DNA of 62,178 bases, the filler included, from Bipalium vagum (lineage: Eukaryota): the NCBI GenBank assembly GCA_037834085.1. It is 3 parts of 3 records of this genome, joined end to end, with 100 filler letters (N's around TTAATTAATTAA, not from the genome) between each part and the next. Parts side by side here need not be neighbours in the genome. Positions count along the whole stretch, not along the records: positions 1 to 18,656 come from JBBMKC010023235.1; positions 18,757 to 42,551 come from JBBMKC010206376.1; 1 more part is not named here. One strand, 5' to 3'. The translations under genes were made by a program, and so were the position numbers. Positions 10,801 to 23,159 of this stretch are shown piece after piece. Numbering within the stretch: the first letter of the stretch is position 1; every line of letters begins with the position of its first letter. The notes under the pieces were generated by a model, which saw only the letters and a program-made list of their open reading frames with translations, was not told the DNA's origin and did not search any database.

Positions 10801-13800
10801 CTACTTGGAAAGGAAGTCCAACATTTCCAAATCATTCCTAAAGGAAAATTTCAAGTTGATAAAATCGTTGTCTTTTACATGATTGAAATTCTCCGTTTCT
10901 TCAAAGCTAAAAAACATGTCTCTTTCATTTTCCAACTTCTGTTCTTCAGAAAGGCATTGGTTGATTCCACATATCTCAAACTGGGTATTCTTTGGTATAC
11001 ATTCCAAAGTATTGTTGGTATGGTCTGCGAAATTGAAATCCGAATTGTGGAGTCTGTACATTCCGTCGTTAATGAAAATTGAATTTGGTTTTAGTGTATT
11101 TATGATGGACCAGTTGTCATTATTGGAGTCAGTACTGTTAGACAATGGCGGAGTGTATATTGAAGATATGGATTGATAATGTTGATTTATATCCATTTGA
11201 AATTGCTCCATGGAAGACCTTAGCAACAGGGGTTGATAGGACTTGCCTTCATAAGGATGATACATGTAGTCCATAGACATATTAAAAATATTTTCTGAAT
11301 TATCTTTCACCTTAAATTTATAAAAAATTCATTAAAAGTCATTATAATAAACATAGCAAATCGTTAGTGTTAATGTTATTATAATTTAAAATTTATATTT
11401 AGGAATCCAAACTCTTGTTGATTTTATTAAATTAATATTTCATGAAACAGAAAATCAATTTGTTTTATTAGATTGCTTTAAATTAATCTTGTGATTTGAT
11501 ATTTAAATTATAATTGACTCATATTTAGTTCTTTTTATTACTTAAAATTGTGAACAGAAATTCAATCAATCGTTTCTGTTATCTGTATGCATTTAAGCTT
11601 GGACCCAATGCCTCAGAAGCCAGTAGGCATTTGGAGAACATGCAGTAAATGAAAGAACTGTTCGTTTTTGGTTTGATAAGTTTTGTTCTGTTGATGGAAA
11701 TCTGGAAGACGCGTTAACATGAATAATGATGATTTGAGAAAACCAATCAAGTCAAGCAGGTAGAGAATTTAGTTTGATATTTAATGTTAATGAAGAAACA
11801 ACCATATTGGAAAGAGGTTGAAAATAAGTAAATGGTAGAGCTATTTTTCCATAGAATACTGACATCCGATGAAAGTTGAGTAATGTATTCTTAACCAAAA
11901 AGAACACATCATTAGTTACTGCCATGGATTTCTTGCCACAAGTTCCAAAGGCTGAACTTTTCCAGAAAAAGCTTTTACTCTGTGTTTGGTGGACTTTTGA
12001 AGGAATCATCCACCTTAGAACCGAAGAAACAATAACCGCTGACATTTATTGTGCTCAATTAGAAAACAGAACAAACAGTGAACAGAAATAAGTTTCTATT
12101 TGTTCAAAGCAATACTTAACAAAAAACTATAGACAAGATAAAGCAACTTAGGTGGGAGACTATATGTCATCTGCCATGTACCCCTCATCTGTCACCAACA
12201 GATTTCAACTTGGCTAACTCTAAAACAAAATTCTATTAAAGCCAATGATCTCAGCGCAACAGTTTTTCAACTTATTTCTTAATCTTGACAATCATTAGAG
12301 AGAAAAGAAGTTCAAAAATGAATTTGATCGATAAATGAAAGATCCAATTTCTTCCTCAGTAAGAAAAGCATTTTATGAAAATAGAATACCAAGTTGTAAA
12401 ATTATTGGGAAAAGTCATGTGATGGATAAATGAATATATCTGAATTTAAAAATGTTGAATTTTACTTTTTTTTAAATCCGCAAGAATGTAAGTGGATTGC
12501 TCGATATGTATTGGGGAAAAAAAATCAAAAAAAATTTTTTTATTATGATGTTACTTGTAATATTCCTTGTCAGTAAAGTTAATAAAGTTAAAAGAATTAG
12601 TTATTATCATTATTTATTATCCGGATTGATCTCTTTTATCATACGGGATAAAGCGTACAATTCTGAAGGCTTTAATGCTTTTTAGTGGATATGTTCACTA
12701 AATTAAAAGATCGTAGATTAACATCTGGAATAATAATTATTGATAATGCAAGTATCCACAAAACAGCTGAAAATAAAAAAACAATAGAAGATCATTATTT
12801 CCAGCTGAATTTTCTACCCCCTTACGCACCACAACTGAATCCTACTGAAGAGGCAAAATGGAGGTATTACACCAAAACAGAAAATACAAATATTATTGAA
12901 GAGTTAAATCAATGTATCAGCCTTGCTAGTAAATTTATTTCAGCCAATGATTGTGAAGAATTTCTAGCACATGTACGATCATTTGTGCTAAAAGAAATAA
13001 AAGATTTTTGATTACGCTTTTGATTTAGGCAATAAATTTTCTTCTATTTTACATATAATAATAGTTTTACATATATTAATTATTATAATTAATTAATAAA
13101 AGGCGTATATTCAAAAAATAAGTTTATATTGTTTACAAGATTAAGATTAATTATATATTAATAAATATCAGATTATAACAAATTAAATTTGTATTGGATT
13201 AAATTAACCTGAAAACCCTGTATTATGCTTAAAACACAGTCAAGACCGAGTTTATTTCTGGAGGAAAAACAATTAATCATTAAACCAATGCACCAATACA
13301 ACGTTGAAATCTCATGAAAGTGGTATAATGGTATGGTGTTGATTGTCAGCTAATGATGTTGGTAAGATTATGATTTTGGACGGGAAAATAACATCAGATA
13401 TCTATCTTAATATATTGAAAGGCTTAGTAATTAGGAGGGGTAGAGACTGATTGAATCAGATTTTATATATAAACAAGACAATAAACCAATCTATAATCCA
13501 AAAAATCATGGAATATCTTTCCAGAGAAAATGTAAGTATTCTTCAATGGTCGCCATAAAAACCAAACTTTTCTTCAATCGAAAATCTTTGGGATATATTG
13601 AAGAAACGCAAAAGTGACTAACACAACAAATATGGCTGAATTAATAACCTGTATTGAGCAATTGAGAAAATATCGAAAGTATGTGCTTCATTTTGACATA
13701 TTAAAACAATTATACAAATTAATTGATCAATAAATCTTTGGATTAATGAAACTAAAACCCACTATTTCATGTGGAACGACCTTTTCAAAGTTGTGATGTC

Positions 13801-16800
13801 AAATATTTAGATTGATAAATTTAAACAATGAAAGATTTTACAGTTCGAAAAGATTAAATTGACTTCCTGAGAAAATAATATTAAATTAAATTATGATTGG
13901 GTTAAAAGTTTTGAAAATATTTTTACCACAAAAATAAAACTTTACCATGTTTGAATATTTATTTAAAATAAATTTTCTATCTAGTGGTTCTTCCCCGGAA
14001 AATGAAGAGAAATCGGTCTGTTCTCTGTAATTCTAAACAAAATAATATTGTTTAACAATATATAAATAAAAATAATATTTAACTTTGTCCAGTTTCATCC
14101 GTTTATCATTGGTTTTCATTTGGATATTTGGTTTCTCGTGATCATGAACTCCACGGGCCATAAAATAAATACTGTTGGTAGGCTGATAATAGCGCCAATA
14201 GTGCGTGACGGGATTTCCTGATTTTCCGGTGCACGGTTGTTGTATCAGAAACCCGTCACAGTTTGGATTTGGACAGGGCTTATCTGGCAAGGATTAGATG
14301 TACATTATATTTAGATATATTTATTTTATTTATTTATGTTGTACCAAAAAGATTTTCTAGGTTTTTGAAGTACTTTTAGTGAAAATAATTTAATACTGAT
14401 ATCATTATTCAAGAATTATTAATAAATGTTTCGATTTGGAAAAAATGTCCCTGTACTTGTCTAACAAAGAATATACTATAAAATAAAAGGAAGATTCTTT
14501 CAGGAGAATTTTCAGAAATATAAAGGTCTCATACAAATACTAAATGAAAGTAGAAGGACTTAAAGAATTTATTTAAAAAATAGTATTATTAATATATTTT
14601 AATTTTTATGTGATACTCTCTCTGGCATAGAAAGAGATTTCAAGACTGGTTTGAACCTTTGGCATGCCTAAAAATATATCTTCCAGTTAAGGAGAATCAT
14701 CTTACAGCCCCATAATCAGATATTTATAACTATGTACATTTTCATGTATTTTGGATATGAAACTATAAAATATAGTGTGTTTCAAAAGTAGTAGCACATA
14801 CTTTAAACAACCATAATTTTTACAATTATTAAATTATTGATTGGAATTTTTTTCCAATAGAAGATTAAGTACGTCTTAATTTCATATATAACATGGTAAT
14901 TTTTGGTAGAGATGAGCGTTAATTTTTATCAAAACCGAATAATTGAATATTTCCAAGGAAATAATAGAAATCTTAAATTGGCAATTGACCATTTATTTGC
15001 CGAAAATGCGTCAAGAAGATTGGCACAAGGCATTATAAAGCGATATATGTGGATGAAGATCGTATAGAATTTATAAAGAAATCTGGTCGTCTAAGAACAA
15101 TAAATACCAAAGGAAACCAAAAGATTGTAAGATCCTCATTCATAAATAATCCGTCAAAATCGGTTCACAACGCTGGTTATAGTAGTGTTAACAGAATAAA
15201 ACAGACACTTGGTATGAACACATACACTAAAACGAACAAACAAAAGTTTATCAAGAATCAAGAATTAAGAGCACAAAAAGGGAGGAAGTATATTTACAAT
15301 AAAGTAGTACCAGTACGAATTAATTATGACAATTTTGTATAAAATAGGAAAAATTTTAAATTTTGAACTAAGAACAATTACTGCTCTCTTTATTCCTGCA
15401 TTTTTTAATTTTAATTGAATTTAGTTTATTATTTTTACTAAAATTTATTATTTATCATTATCATTAATTTATTATTTAGTATTTATTATTATTAATTTAT
15501 TATTTATTATTAATAGTATTAGATTGTAAAGAAATTAATGGCGATTTTTATGATATCATATTTGCATTATGAATTGTTAAATGACATTTTGTTTTATTAA
15601 TATAAATTTGTTTATATTTTAAATCGAAATCTTTTAAAAAGATGTCAACCAAAATTATTCATAAAGAAAAATTAACTAAAATTTTTTAGGCAAAACGAGA
15701 ATAACGATATCCAAATTAGAGCAGTTTTCATTTATAAATACAAAATGGGTGATAATGCTGAACAAGTCGTTTGATCTCTGAACCGCGTATTTGGAGAATG
15801 TACCACTAATGAACGTAGCGCTCAACGCTGGTTTCAGAGATTTAAGAATGGTGATGAAGATACTCAAGATAAAGATGGTTTTGAACGAAATCTTCCATCA
15901 CCAATGACGATTTGAAGACACTGGTCGAGACTGATCCGCATACAACTGTTCGAGAACTTAGATATGCGCTAGATGTTTCATCTATAACTGTTTTCAGCCA
16001 TCTGCAAGGAATAGGAAAGTCAGAAAAACTTGACAAATGGATTCCACACGAGTTGACAGAAAAATAAAAATTATTTCGTTTTGAGATGTCGTCAAAACTT
16101 CTTTTGCACAACAAAAAGGGATCTTTTCTAGATCGCATTGAGGCATGTGATAAGAAATAAATCCAGTGCGACAACCGCCGACGTTCTCAGCAGTAGTTAG
16201 ATTGACGTGAACCTCCTAAACTTAGGTTGCACCAACTGAAGGTTTTGGTGACTGTTTATTGGTATTCCACTGATTTGATCTTTTATAAGTTCTCTGTGGT
16301 CAAACAATTACCACTGAAAAGAATTTTGTATCAAAAATTGAAGTGCATCTACACAGCTTTTGGTCCAATAGGATAGGTCCACTGCTTCTCCATTCACCGC
16401 AAGTTGCGCAATTTATTCTACAAAAATTGAATCAGTTTGATATTCAAATTCTGTCTCACCCGGCCTACTCATCAGACCTGTTACATACTGATTATTATTC
16501 CTTCAAATATTTGGACAAGTTCTTTAGGGAGAACTTCCCAATGATGATGCTCTCATTAAAGTCTTTGAAGATTTTATAATATTTATGGCTCCAGATTTTT
16601 ATCGAATCGGGATAAATAAGCTTGTGACTCGTTGGGAGAAATGTATACAGATTTGTAAAGGTTTCTATTTCGATAAATAAAATTTTGTTTAAGCTGTGAT
16701 TTGTTCATTTGAAGTTCAATATTAAAAATAGCCATTTATTTCATTAAAACTAATAGTATTTACTATTTATTATTATTTATTAATAGTATAATAATAATAA

Positions 16801-17790
16801 TAATAATTTGGTTCTGTCAAAAAGATGCAGTTCTGGTTCTAATTCGACTTTAAACTTTATAACGTTCTTGAAATCTCAATAAAACATATTCCCATTTAGA
16901 ATCATGTAAAGGCATGTTGACTGACATTAGGATTTTAAGACTAAGGACTTCTTAGAAATATGAATTATTCCTATTTATCAAAAGGAACTGTTTATCTCTA
17001 GATTCTTTATTTATATAAAGATGAAGGAATTCTTTGTACAATCTTCACTTTATTGCTAGTTGGCAAAACCAGATACCACCTAAATACTCTTTAGTATATC
17101 TGCAAATTAGAATTTTTTTTCATGGTAACATTTTGATATTCACATTGATTAATCTTTTCCCTATCAAGCCGACCAAGTTTTCAGTTCTTGGATCTCTTTC
17201 TAAGTTCACCGCTTACGAACACTTCTAATTGATTTAGTATACCAAAGTGTAGACTCCAGCATTCCAAAAGCCCATTGACTCTTCGTCAAATTCAAGTATT
17301 TCAGTACTGAAGTTTGATTTTTCTCCTTTTGTAAAAAGTTTTATAAAATACCCCAAGGGTTTAGTGATCCGATCAATTATCATTAACCTTTTCACTCTCC
17401 TTCAAATCAAAATTACGTTATTTGCAATGAAGAAGGGACCAAAATGAATCAACATTTTATACATTAAATATTTTCTGTGTATTTAAATTAAATGACGAAG
17501 TTTTCTTAATGAAGATACTAATCAGAGTCCTTACTGTTCAACTGACAACGTCGAGCGGCCTCGCTGATCTTCGGAGAAAGTCTCACGGAACTGCTGGGAT
17601 TCGGATACCAGCAACGTTTGGAGCACTTTATCACCCCGAGACAGGATTTCTTGAGGATCATCTTGTTGTGATTGTTGGTATTTCTCATTGCCCAGCCGCT
17701 TTTGTGCTTGCGGGATTTGATGTTCGTGGCACTATATATCATATGGCAGTCTCCGTCTGGCCACATGTCAAAGGCATGGAAAAATTCCGT
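10801..17790 (-). CDS. gcm: Glial cells missing (GCM-domain) transcription factor; exons 17535-17790, 14084-14283, 13946-14032, 10801-11310; first exon not found
   Basis: FDMWPDG...KHKSGWAMRNTNNHN..ILKKSCLGVIKCSKRC, then NKPCPNPNC...PCTGKSGNPVTHYWR...IYFMARGVHDHEKP. All eight expected Cys/His zinc ligands are present. GT-AG junctions with compatible phases (1,0,0) join all four exons; the last exon is low-complexity and acidic. Confidence 0.9.
11545..12480 (+). mobile_element. Degenerate mariner relic (gcm intron)
   Basis: YAFKLG, VNERTVRFWFDKFCS, KLLLCVWWTFEGII, ETITADIYCAQL and HLSPTDF pieces. Confidence 0.75.
12600..13011 (+). mobile_element. IS630/Tc1-family DDE transposase relic
   Basis: IIIIDNASIHK...FLPPYAPQLNPTE. 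Confidence 0.8.
13200..13700 (+). mobile_element. Tc1-like transposase relic
   Basis: Broken GIMVWC, FIYKQDNKP, ILQWSP..PNFSSIENLW motifs. Confidence 0.65.
14772..15345 (+). mobile_element. Tc1/mariner-superfamily element, 5' fragment
   Basis: TA-flanked terminal-like tagtgtgtttcaaaag; HTH linker KKSGRLRTINT...NNPSKSV. Confidence 0.5.
15517..16756 (+). mobile_element. Near full-length degenerate mariner (gcm intron)
   Basis: FIYKYKMG, ERSAQRWFQRFKNGD, KWIPHEL, FLDRI..CD.K, HPAYSSDL..TDY, LVTRWEKCI; degenerate TIRs at both ends. Confidence 0.85.
17050..17450 (-). mobile_element. Possible Gypsy RNase H relic
   Basis: KPLGYFIKLFTKGEKSNFSTEILE resembles the P(I/L)GYFS...EKNYST.ELE motif. Confidence 0.4.
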
Positions 17791-18429
17791 CTTGAAATAT
17801 AAAATTAATTATTCGGCTTCTAAATAATGTTTATTAAAAATTGGAAAATATAATAAAATTATCGGTAAAATCAATAAAAAAAGATTCTAAAATTTTCGCG
17901 TAAAAACAATTTAATTATTTAATTATCTTTTATAGAAATATCATTGTCAGAAAAATATTAAAAAAATATATAGGTAGCATTTTTTACAGAGAATTTTTTA
18001 AAAAATATTTTTCATTTTATTTAACAATTCAAAATTTTACAATTTTTTATATTATATTATTTGTTTAAATTGAATCATTCAAATATTAAATATTATCCTT
18101 CAGATTATATTCATGGATTTCTCAAGGGAAGGATACGTGAAAAAATATTTATTTATTTTATTAATTAGAAAAGAACAGAAAATGAATAAAATTACACTGT
18201 CACAAAATTGATTTTTTTAGATATTGAAATCGATTGAGAATCGTTATTATTAAATAATTATTTATAATTGAAAAATTGATTATTTATAGCAAAATAATTA
18301 AAACAAACAAAAATCAATTTCTAATCAAAATTGAATTCTCAATAAAAAAAGAACTTTAGAAATAAGCGTATTTTTATTTTAGTTTTAATTTTTAATTTTT
18401 TAATATTTGGGTTTGTTTTATAAATACTG

Positions 18430-18656
18430 GATTATGGATTACCATTTGTTTACTTTGTTCTTCCACCGGGGAAAATTTTAGCCTTTAATAATTGGGAAAT
18501 CTGCCATGCCTCGAGCTTTTAAAAAGGCTATCCCAAGTAATATATTTTGGAGATCGAATAATAAAGCTTGGATAACACTTAAATTGTTCTGTGAATATTT
18601 GCTTCATTTTAATAATTTTATGATTCAACAAAATCGGAAAATATTATTGATACTGG
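18430..18656 (+). mobile_element. pogo/Tigger DDE fragment running into gap
   Basis: PLIIGKSAMPRAFK...WRSNNKAWITLKLFCEYL...RKILLIL. Confidence 0.8.
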
Positions 18657-18756
18657 NNNNNNNNNNNNNNNNNNNNNNNNNNNNNNNNNNNNNNNNNNNN
18701 TTAATTAATTAANNNNNNNNNNNNNNNNNNNNNNNNNNNNNNNNNNNNNNNNNNNN
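18657..18756. other. Assembly gap (N44-TTAATTAATTAA-N44)
   Basis: N runs around a six-frame-stop linker, identical to the gap at 42552. Confidence 0.95.
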
Positions 18757-19639
18757 TGGTACTGCCTGGATTCGACAAGAATACCTTGGAATTCCTCGGA
18801 TGAATATCAGATTTGAAAAACGGCTGATGGTGTGGCTCGAATGCCTTGTAGGTGAATTTGGGTAAATACGGATCCAAGGAAATGAGTCAATGTTGTTGGT
18901 TGATTAGTATCTGTTCGTAGGAATTTTCGCAGAGTTGACCTCGTATATTGTCGTAGGAATTTAGGAATTTTTGTGTCTGATAGTCCTTTTCGATTTTGAA
19001 TTTATAGTTGGTGACCGGATTTGTGGATCAGATAATAATAATTGCGGATTCTATTTAGATAATGGCCGGATTTTTTTTTTTAAATAAGTCATTTTTTGCT
19101 CACATTTTCACTAGCATCTGTGTCCAAAATAAACTCCTGCTTCAAATCTGGAAATCTTAATTTTTATTATTTATTCCATTGATAATTATAAATATTTCCA
19201 TAGTTTTCACCTTCCAACAAAGACTTAAAAAACTAAAAAAAAAACTTTTTAAAAACTCAAAATCTACATTATTTATTGTCATAATATTTTTATCAATTTC
19301 TGGTCTAATAGTTTTTGGTAAATCTGAATTAATATTAAAATACTCCAAAAAAATTAACATCTTCATATTTCGAACGTTTGCCAATTTTTTAATTAAAACA
19401 TTTTTAGTCATTAATTTTAGCCTCAATTTCCTCAGTTATACTAGAAGTATTTTTATCTATTTTCTGTAGCAGTTTGTTCTCTTTCTTTTTGTAAATATTT
19501 TATTTCCTGTTTAGATTTATAAACTACATCGGTAACTGATTTATTAAAAAAAAATCTTGTTGAATTTCTCTTTCTTCTTTCCATTGATTTAATTGATTAG
19601 TTTCAAATTCCTTTTTTACTTCTATTAAGTTTTTAAAAT

Positions 19640-19800
19640 CTTTTTGGCATGGAGGATACAATTTTCTTAGCAGAAAGTTTGTACCATTTGTCTTGAACTG
19701 CTTTCCATAATCCATCAGCAGAGTTGTGCGCCATTGTGGTAACTTTTCTTTTGATGATACCCCAGACATTTTCGATGGGATTTAGATCAGGAGAATTATG
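19640..19800 (-). mobile_element. Tc1-like transposase C-terminal fragment
   Basis: NSPDLNPIENVWGIIKRKV...LWKAVQDKW. Confidence 0.7.
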
Positions 19801-22800
19801 GCCGAAAAACGTATGGCATTAAATTCGGCAAGAGTATTAATCACGACAAACACCTTGCCCAAGTCCACCGAATTGAGTCGAATAACTCACAGATGTACAA
19901 GTGCATCTGTGGGCTGATCCTCAACCGCGAGGCTTTCTTTCCCCATATTATTTCGCACAAAAAGGCAACTTCCTCACCTCCGAACAACTCGCTGGACGAC
20001 ATCCCCGTAACAGAGGATGACAAATCGTCCAGTTGACTCGGAGGGCATGCAATCGAGGCCTATCTGAGGGCCAACATCTTGGATCCCCTCATCATCTTTG
20101 TTAGGCCCGGGCCTGCGATTGCCCTCATGCAGAGGAATGCCCGCGACTTTTACTCCCTCTTCCCGTTCCACCGTATGTCCCAGTGGTCCATTCTCCTTTG
20201 GCCCATTCTTTGGGAGAGGAAACATTGGCTCCTCCTTATTGTTGACCACGCTCTTTCCTGCTCTTTCCTCCTCGATCCGGCCAAACCCTCCTTGTCTCGT
20301 GAGCAACTGGAGCTTCACCGTACCCTCAATACGACCATCACGTAGCTCTGTTGCACACTGGAGACAAATGTCATCACGGAGGGATCCATTGACCCAGATT
20401 GCGTCTTCCTTGTTGCCCTCTTTAACCATATCCTTCGGCACGGTCGCACTCCTCGCTCATGGAAAACGTTCAAGACCGTCTTGATTTTGAAGCCGGGCAA
20501 AATCAAGTTCTCCCATCTTCCTGGGTCTTGGCGGCCAATTGCAATCCTGGCCACATCCTATAGATTATTTGCCCTTCTCCTCAACAATCGTCTCTTGGAT
20601 TGGATAATCCCGGCGGGCCTTCTACACCGAAATCAGAAGGCCATCCACTCGCAAAATGGCTGCGGAGAGCACAATGAGACGATTGTTGGCCTATCTGAGT
20701 ATTGTCGATCGATCCAAAAAGAGCTTCATGTGTGCTTTTTGGATGTTGCGGAGGCATTCCTCAGTCTGCCACATGAGCTCCTATGGATCACCCTCCGTAA
20801 GTCTGGGATGGTTGATACCGACATCCAGCTTCTCCAGGATATTTATGAGGACAACTCCACCTTCTATGTGTGCCATCACATCACCACTCCATCCACGGCA
20901 ATACATATAGGGGTCAAATAGGGTTGTCCGCTATCGATGTCTTTGTTCTGTCTGTCGATGAACTTTCTTTTGGTACATTTCCAGTCATATGCAAATCGCC
21001 TTCAGGTCTTTGATGACACTCTCGACTGCCTTGCGTATGCCGATGATATTGCGGTCATAGCGCCGTCACACGGCAGACTTCAGACCATGATTGAGGCTCT
21101 TGTTGCCCTGACCAAGGCTATCCACCTGTCCTTCCGCCCCATCAAATGTGGATACCTTTGCCTTGGCACCCAGGCACTCCCTTTGCTTATCCATGGTGAG
21201 CTTGTCCCTCCAGTTGATCCGGCTCATGTGTACTCATACCTGGGAGTCACACATGGTGCTGACCTCCGCACATCTACGGATGAGATCCTGGAGCGGAATT
21301 TGGATGATTTCAAGCATATCATCCGGTCGGACCTTCACCCGGCCCAAATGATTCACTTGTACAAAACCTTCCTCCATTCGCGGCTTCCATTCCACTTTTC
21401 CAATCGGGTTGTGAACCATCTCACTCTTGCGTCGAAGCAGGCACGTCAATCCCTCCATCGGGAGCAACGGAAGGGTTATGATGAGCGGCTCCGCGAGATG
21501 TTCAGGGAAATCACGGATACAGATCGCCTCCAAAGCACGAATAAAGCTTTTCTTTATTCGCCAACATCACTGGGGAGCTTTGGAGTTACTCGCGCAATTG
21601 ACGATTACCACATATACAGTGTGGTCCAGGGGCTACGATATCTTACGAGCCCGGATATCATCTTTCGGACCTTTTGTATTAACCACCTGCAACATGTGGT
21701 CAAAATGCGCCAATCCGTGACTGCCCGTACGGATCTTGCTGTGGCCCTCTCTTGGCTCTCTAGCCAAAGAACTTTCCCACTTTTTGGACAGGCCACCTGG
21801 TGGAGCAAGATCCGTACGGCCTGTAAAGCCCTGCGTTCACAACGCATCAGTTGTTCATTCATGGTCGCTGGAGATGCTGTGGCCCTCACCGTCATTGTCT
21901 CGACTCCCCAGGAGACTTTCCAATATGTCTTTGATGGTGATAATATTCATAAAGCCACAGCCACCCTCCATGAATCGATTGGCTTCCAACACTTTCTGGA
22001 ATGGAAGTCGCATAAGTCTCAGGGCCTTTTAGTCCCTTGTTTCAGCCTGAGCCCTGTGTCCAACTACATATTACATAAATTCCACCTTCCTCCGGTCATT
22101 TGGCGCTTCCTGCTCAAAGCCCGTAGCAACAACTTAGGGCTTAACTATCGGCCGTTTAATATGGTCAAGGGAAGACCGCTCAACTGCCGACGTTGTAATG
22201 ACCATCCGGAAACCCAGGCCCACATCCTCAATCACTGTAAGAGTCGCCCCTTTGTGCCTACGGCCAAGCACAACTCTGTACTTAATATTGCGACTGAATT
22301 CCTCCGGGCCCTGGGTTTTGACGTTGACGCTGATACTCAGATTCCGGAAATTAATTCTCCTCTCCGTCCAGACCTGGTCATGCCGCACAAGTCGAAAAAT
22401 CAAATCCATATCTTGGATATTAAAGTGCCGTATGACTCTTTTACTAACTTCTCCAAGTCCCGCGAGGCCAACCGCACCAAATATACTGCGCTTGCGGACC
22501 AACTCGCTATCTCCTCTCGTGCGACTATATACCTTGACGTAATTAATGTCGGGTCCCTTGGCTCATGGGACAATGAAAATGATAAACCCCTGAAACAGCT
22601 TGGGCTCAATAAAGATCAACGCGGTGCCTTAGCCCACGCTTTTCTCTTGGCAGCTGTTAGAGAATCCTTCCACATTTACCTCACCCATGTCAAGGGTCTC
22701 CCTGGCCAGGGGCAGCCTAATTATGTAAATTTCTAAATTATTATCATTACTATCTATATTATCTATGTGACTATCATAAACTACTATTTCTTATTATTTA

Positions 22801-23110
22801 TTATTATTACACTTTCCTGTCTCATAACCTCTGTCTATATTCTCGTCCACTCAAACCTGTATATTTTAACTCATTTGTGTTGTATCTCTGTTGCTGTATT
22901 CCTCCCTTGTTTGTGTGTCCTGTGCTGGTCTTTGTACCTTTTTTCTTATGTGTATATATATCCGAATTCAGCTCCCGTTTCAGCCTCAGCCCCGACCAGC
23001 CCATCCTCCGATGTCCAGGCCCCAAGTGGATTGTTGTTCCTGCATTTTGTTTATTCAACTTGTTATTGCGTTGTCTTGTCTTACCCATTGTTTGTTCAAT
23101 TTGACCTTTT
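19800..23110 (+). mobile_element. NeSL-like RLE non-LTR retrotransposon, subfamily A copy 1 (5'-truncated, internally deleted, degenerate)
   Basis: One frame from ~19800: C2H2 finger (MYKCICG...HIISH), TGA 20034, Ulp1-like start (LGGHAIEAYL...RKHWLLLIVD...LLDP), deletion near 20350-20390, RT (WRPIAIL, FLDVAEAF, GVK*GCP, YADD), CCHC (CRRC...ETQAHILNHC), RPDLV...DIKVPYD endonuclease, stop at 22736. The 3' UTR is shared with copy 3; extra TAG stops at 20343 and 20919. Confidence 0.92.
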
Positions 23111-23159
23111 TATCCCTTTTCAATGACATGAATACCCTCAATTTGGTACAGTTATAGTT

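Noticed and set aside
18657-18756. TTAATTAATTAA palindrome inside N runs (also 42552-42651)
   Set aside because: Identical artificial scaffolding linker with stops in all frames; it also means adjacency across the gaps is not proven.
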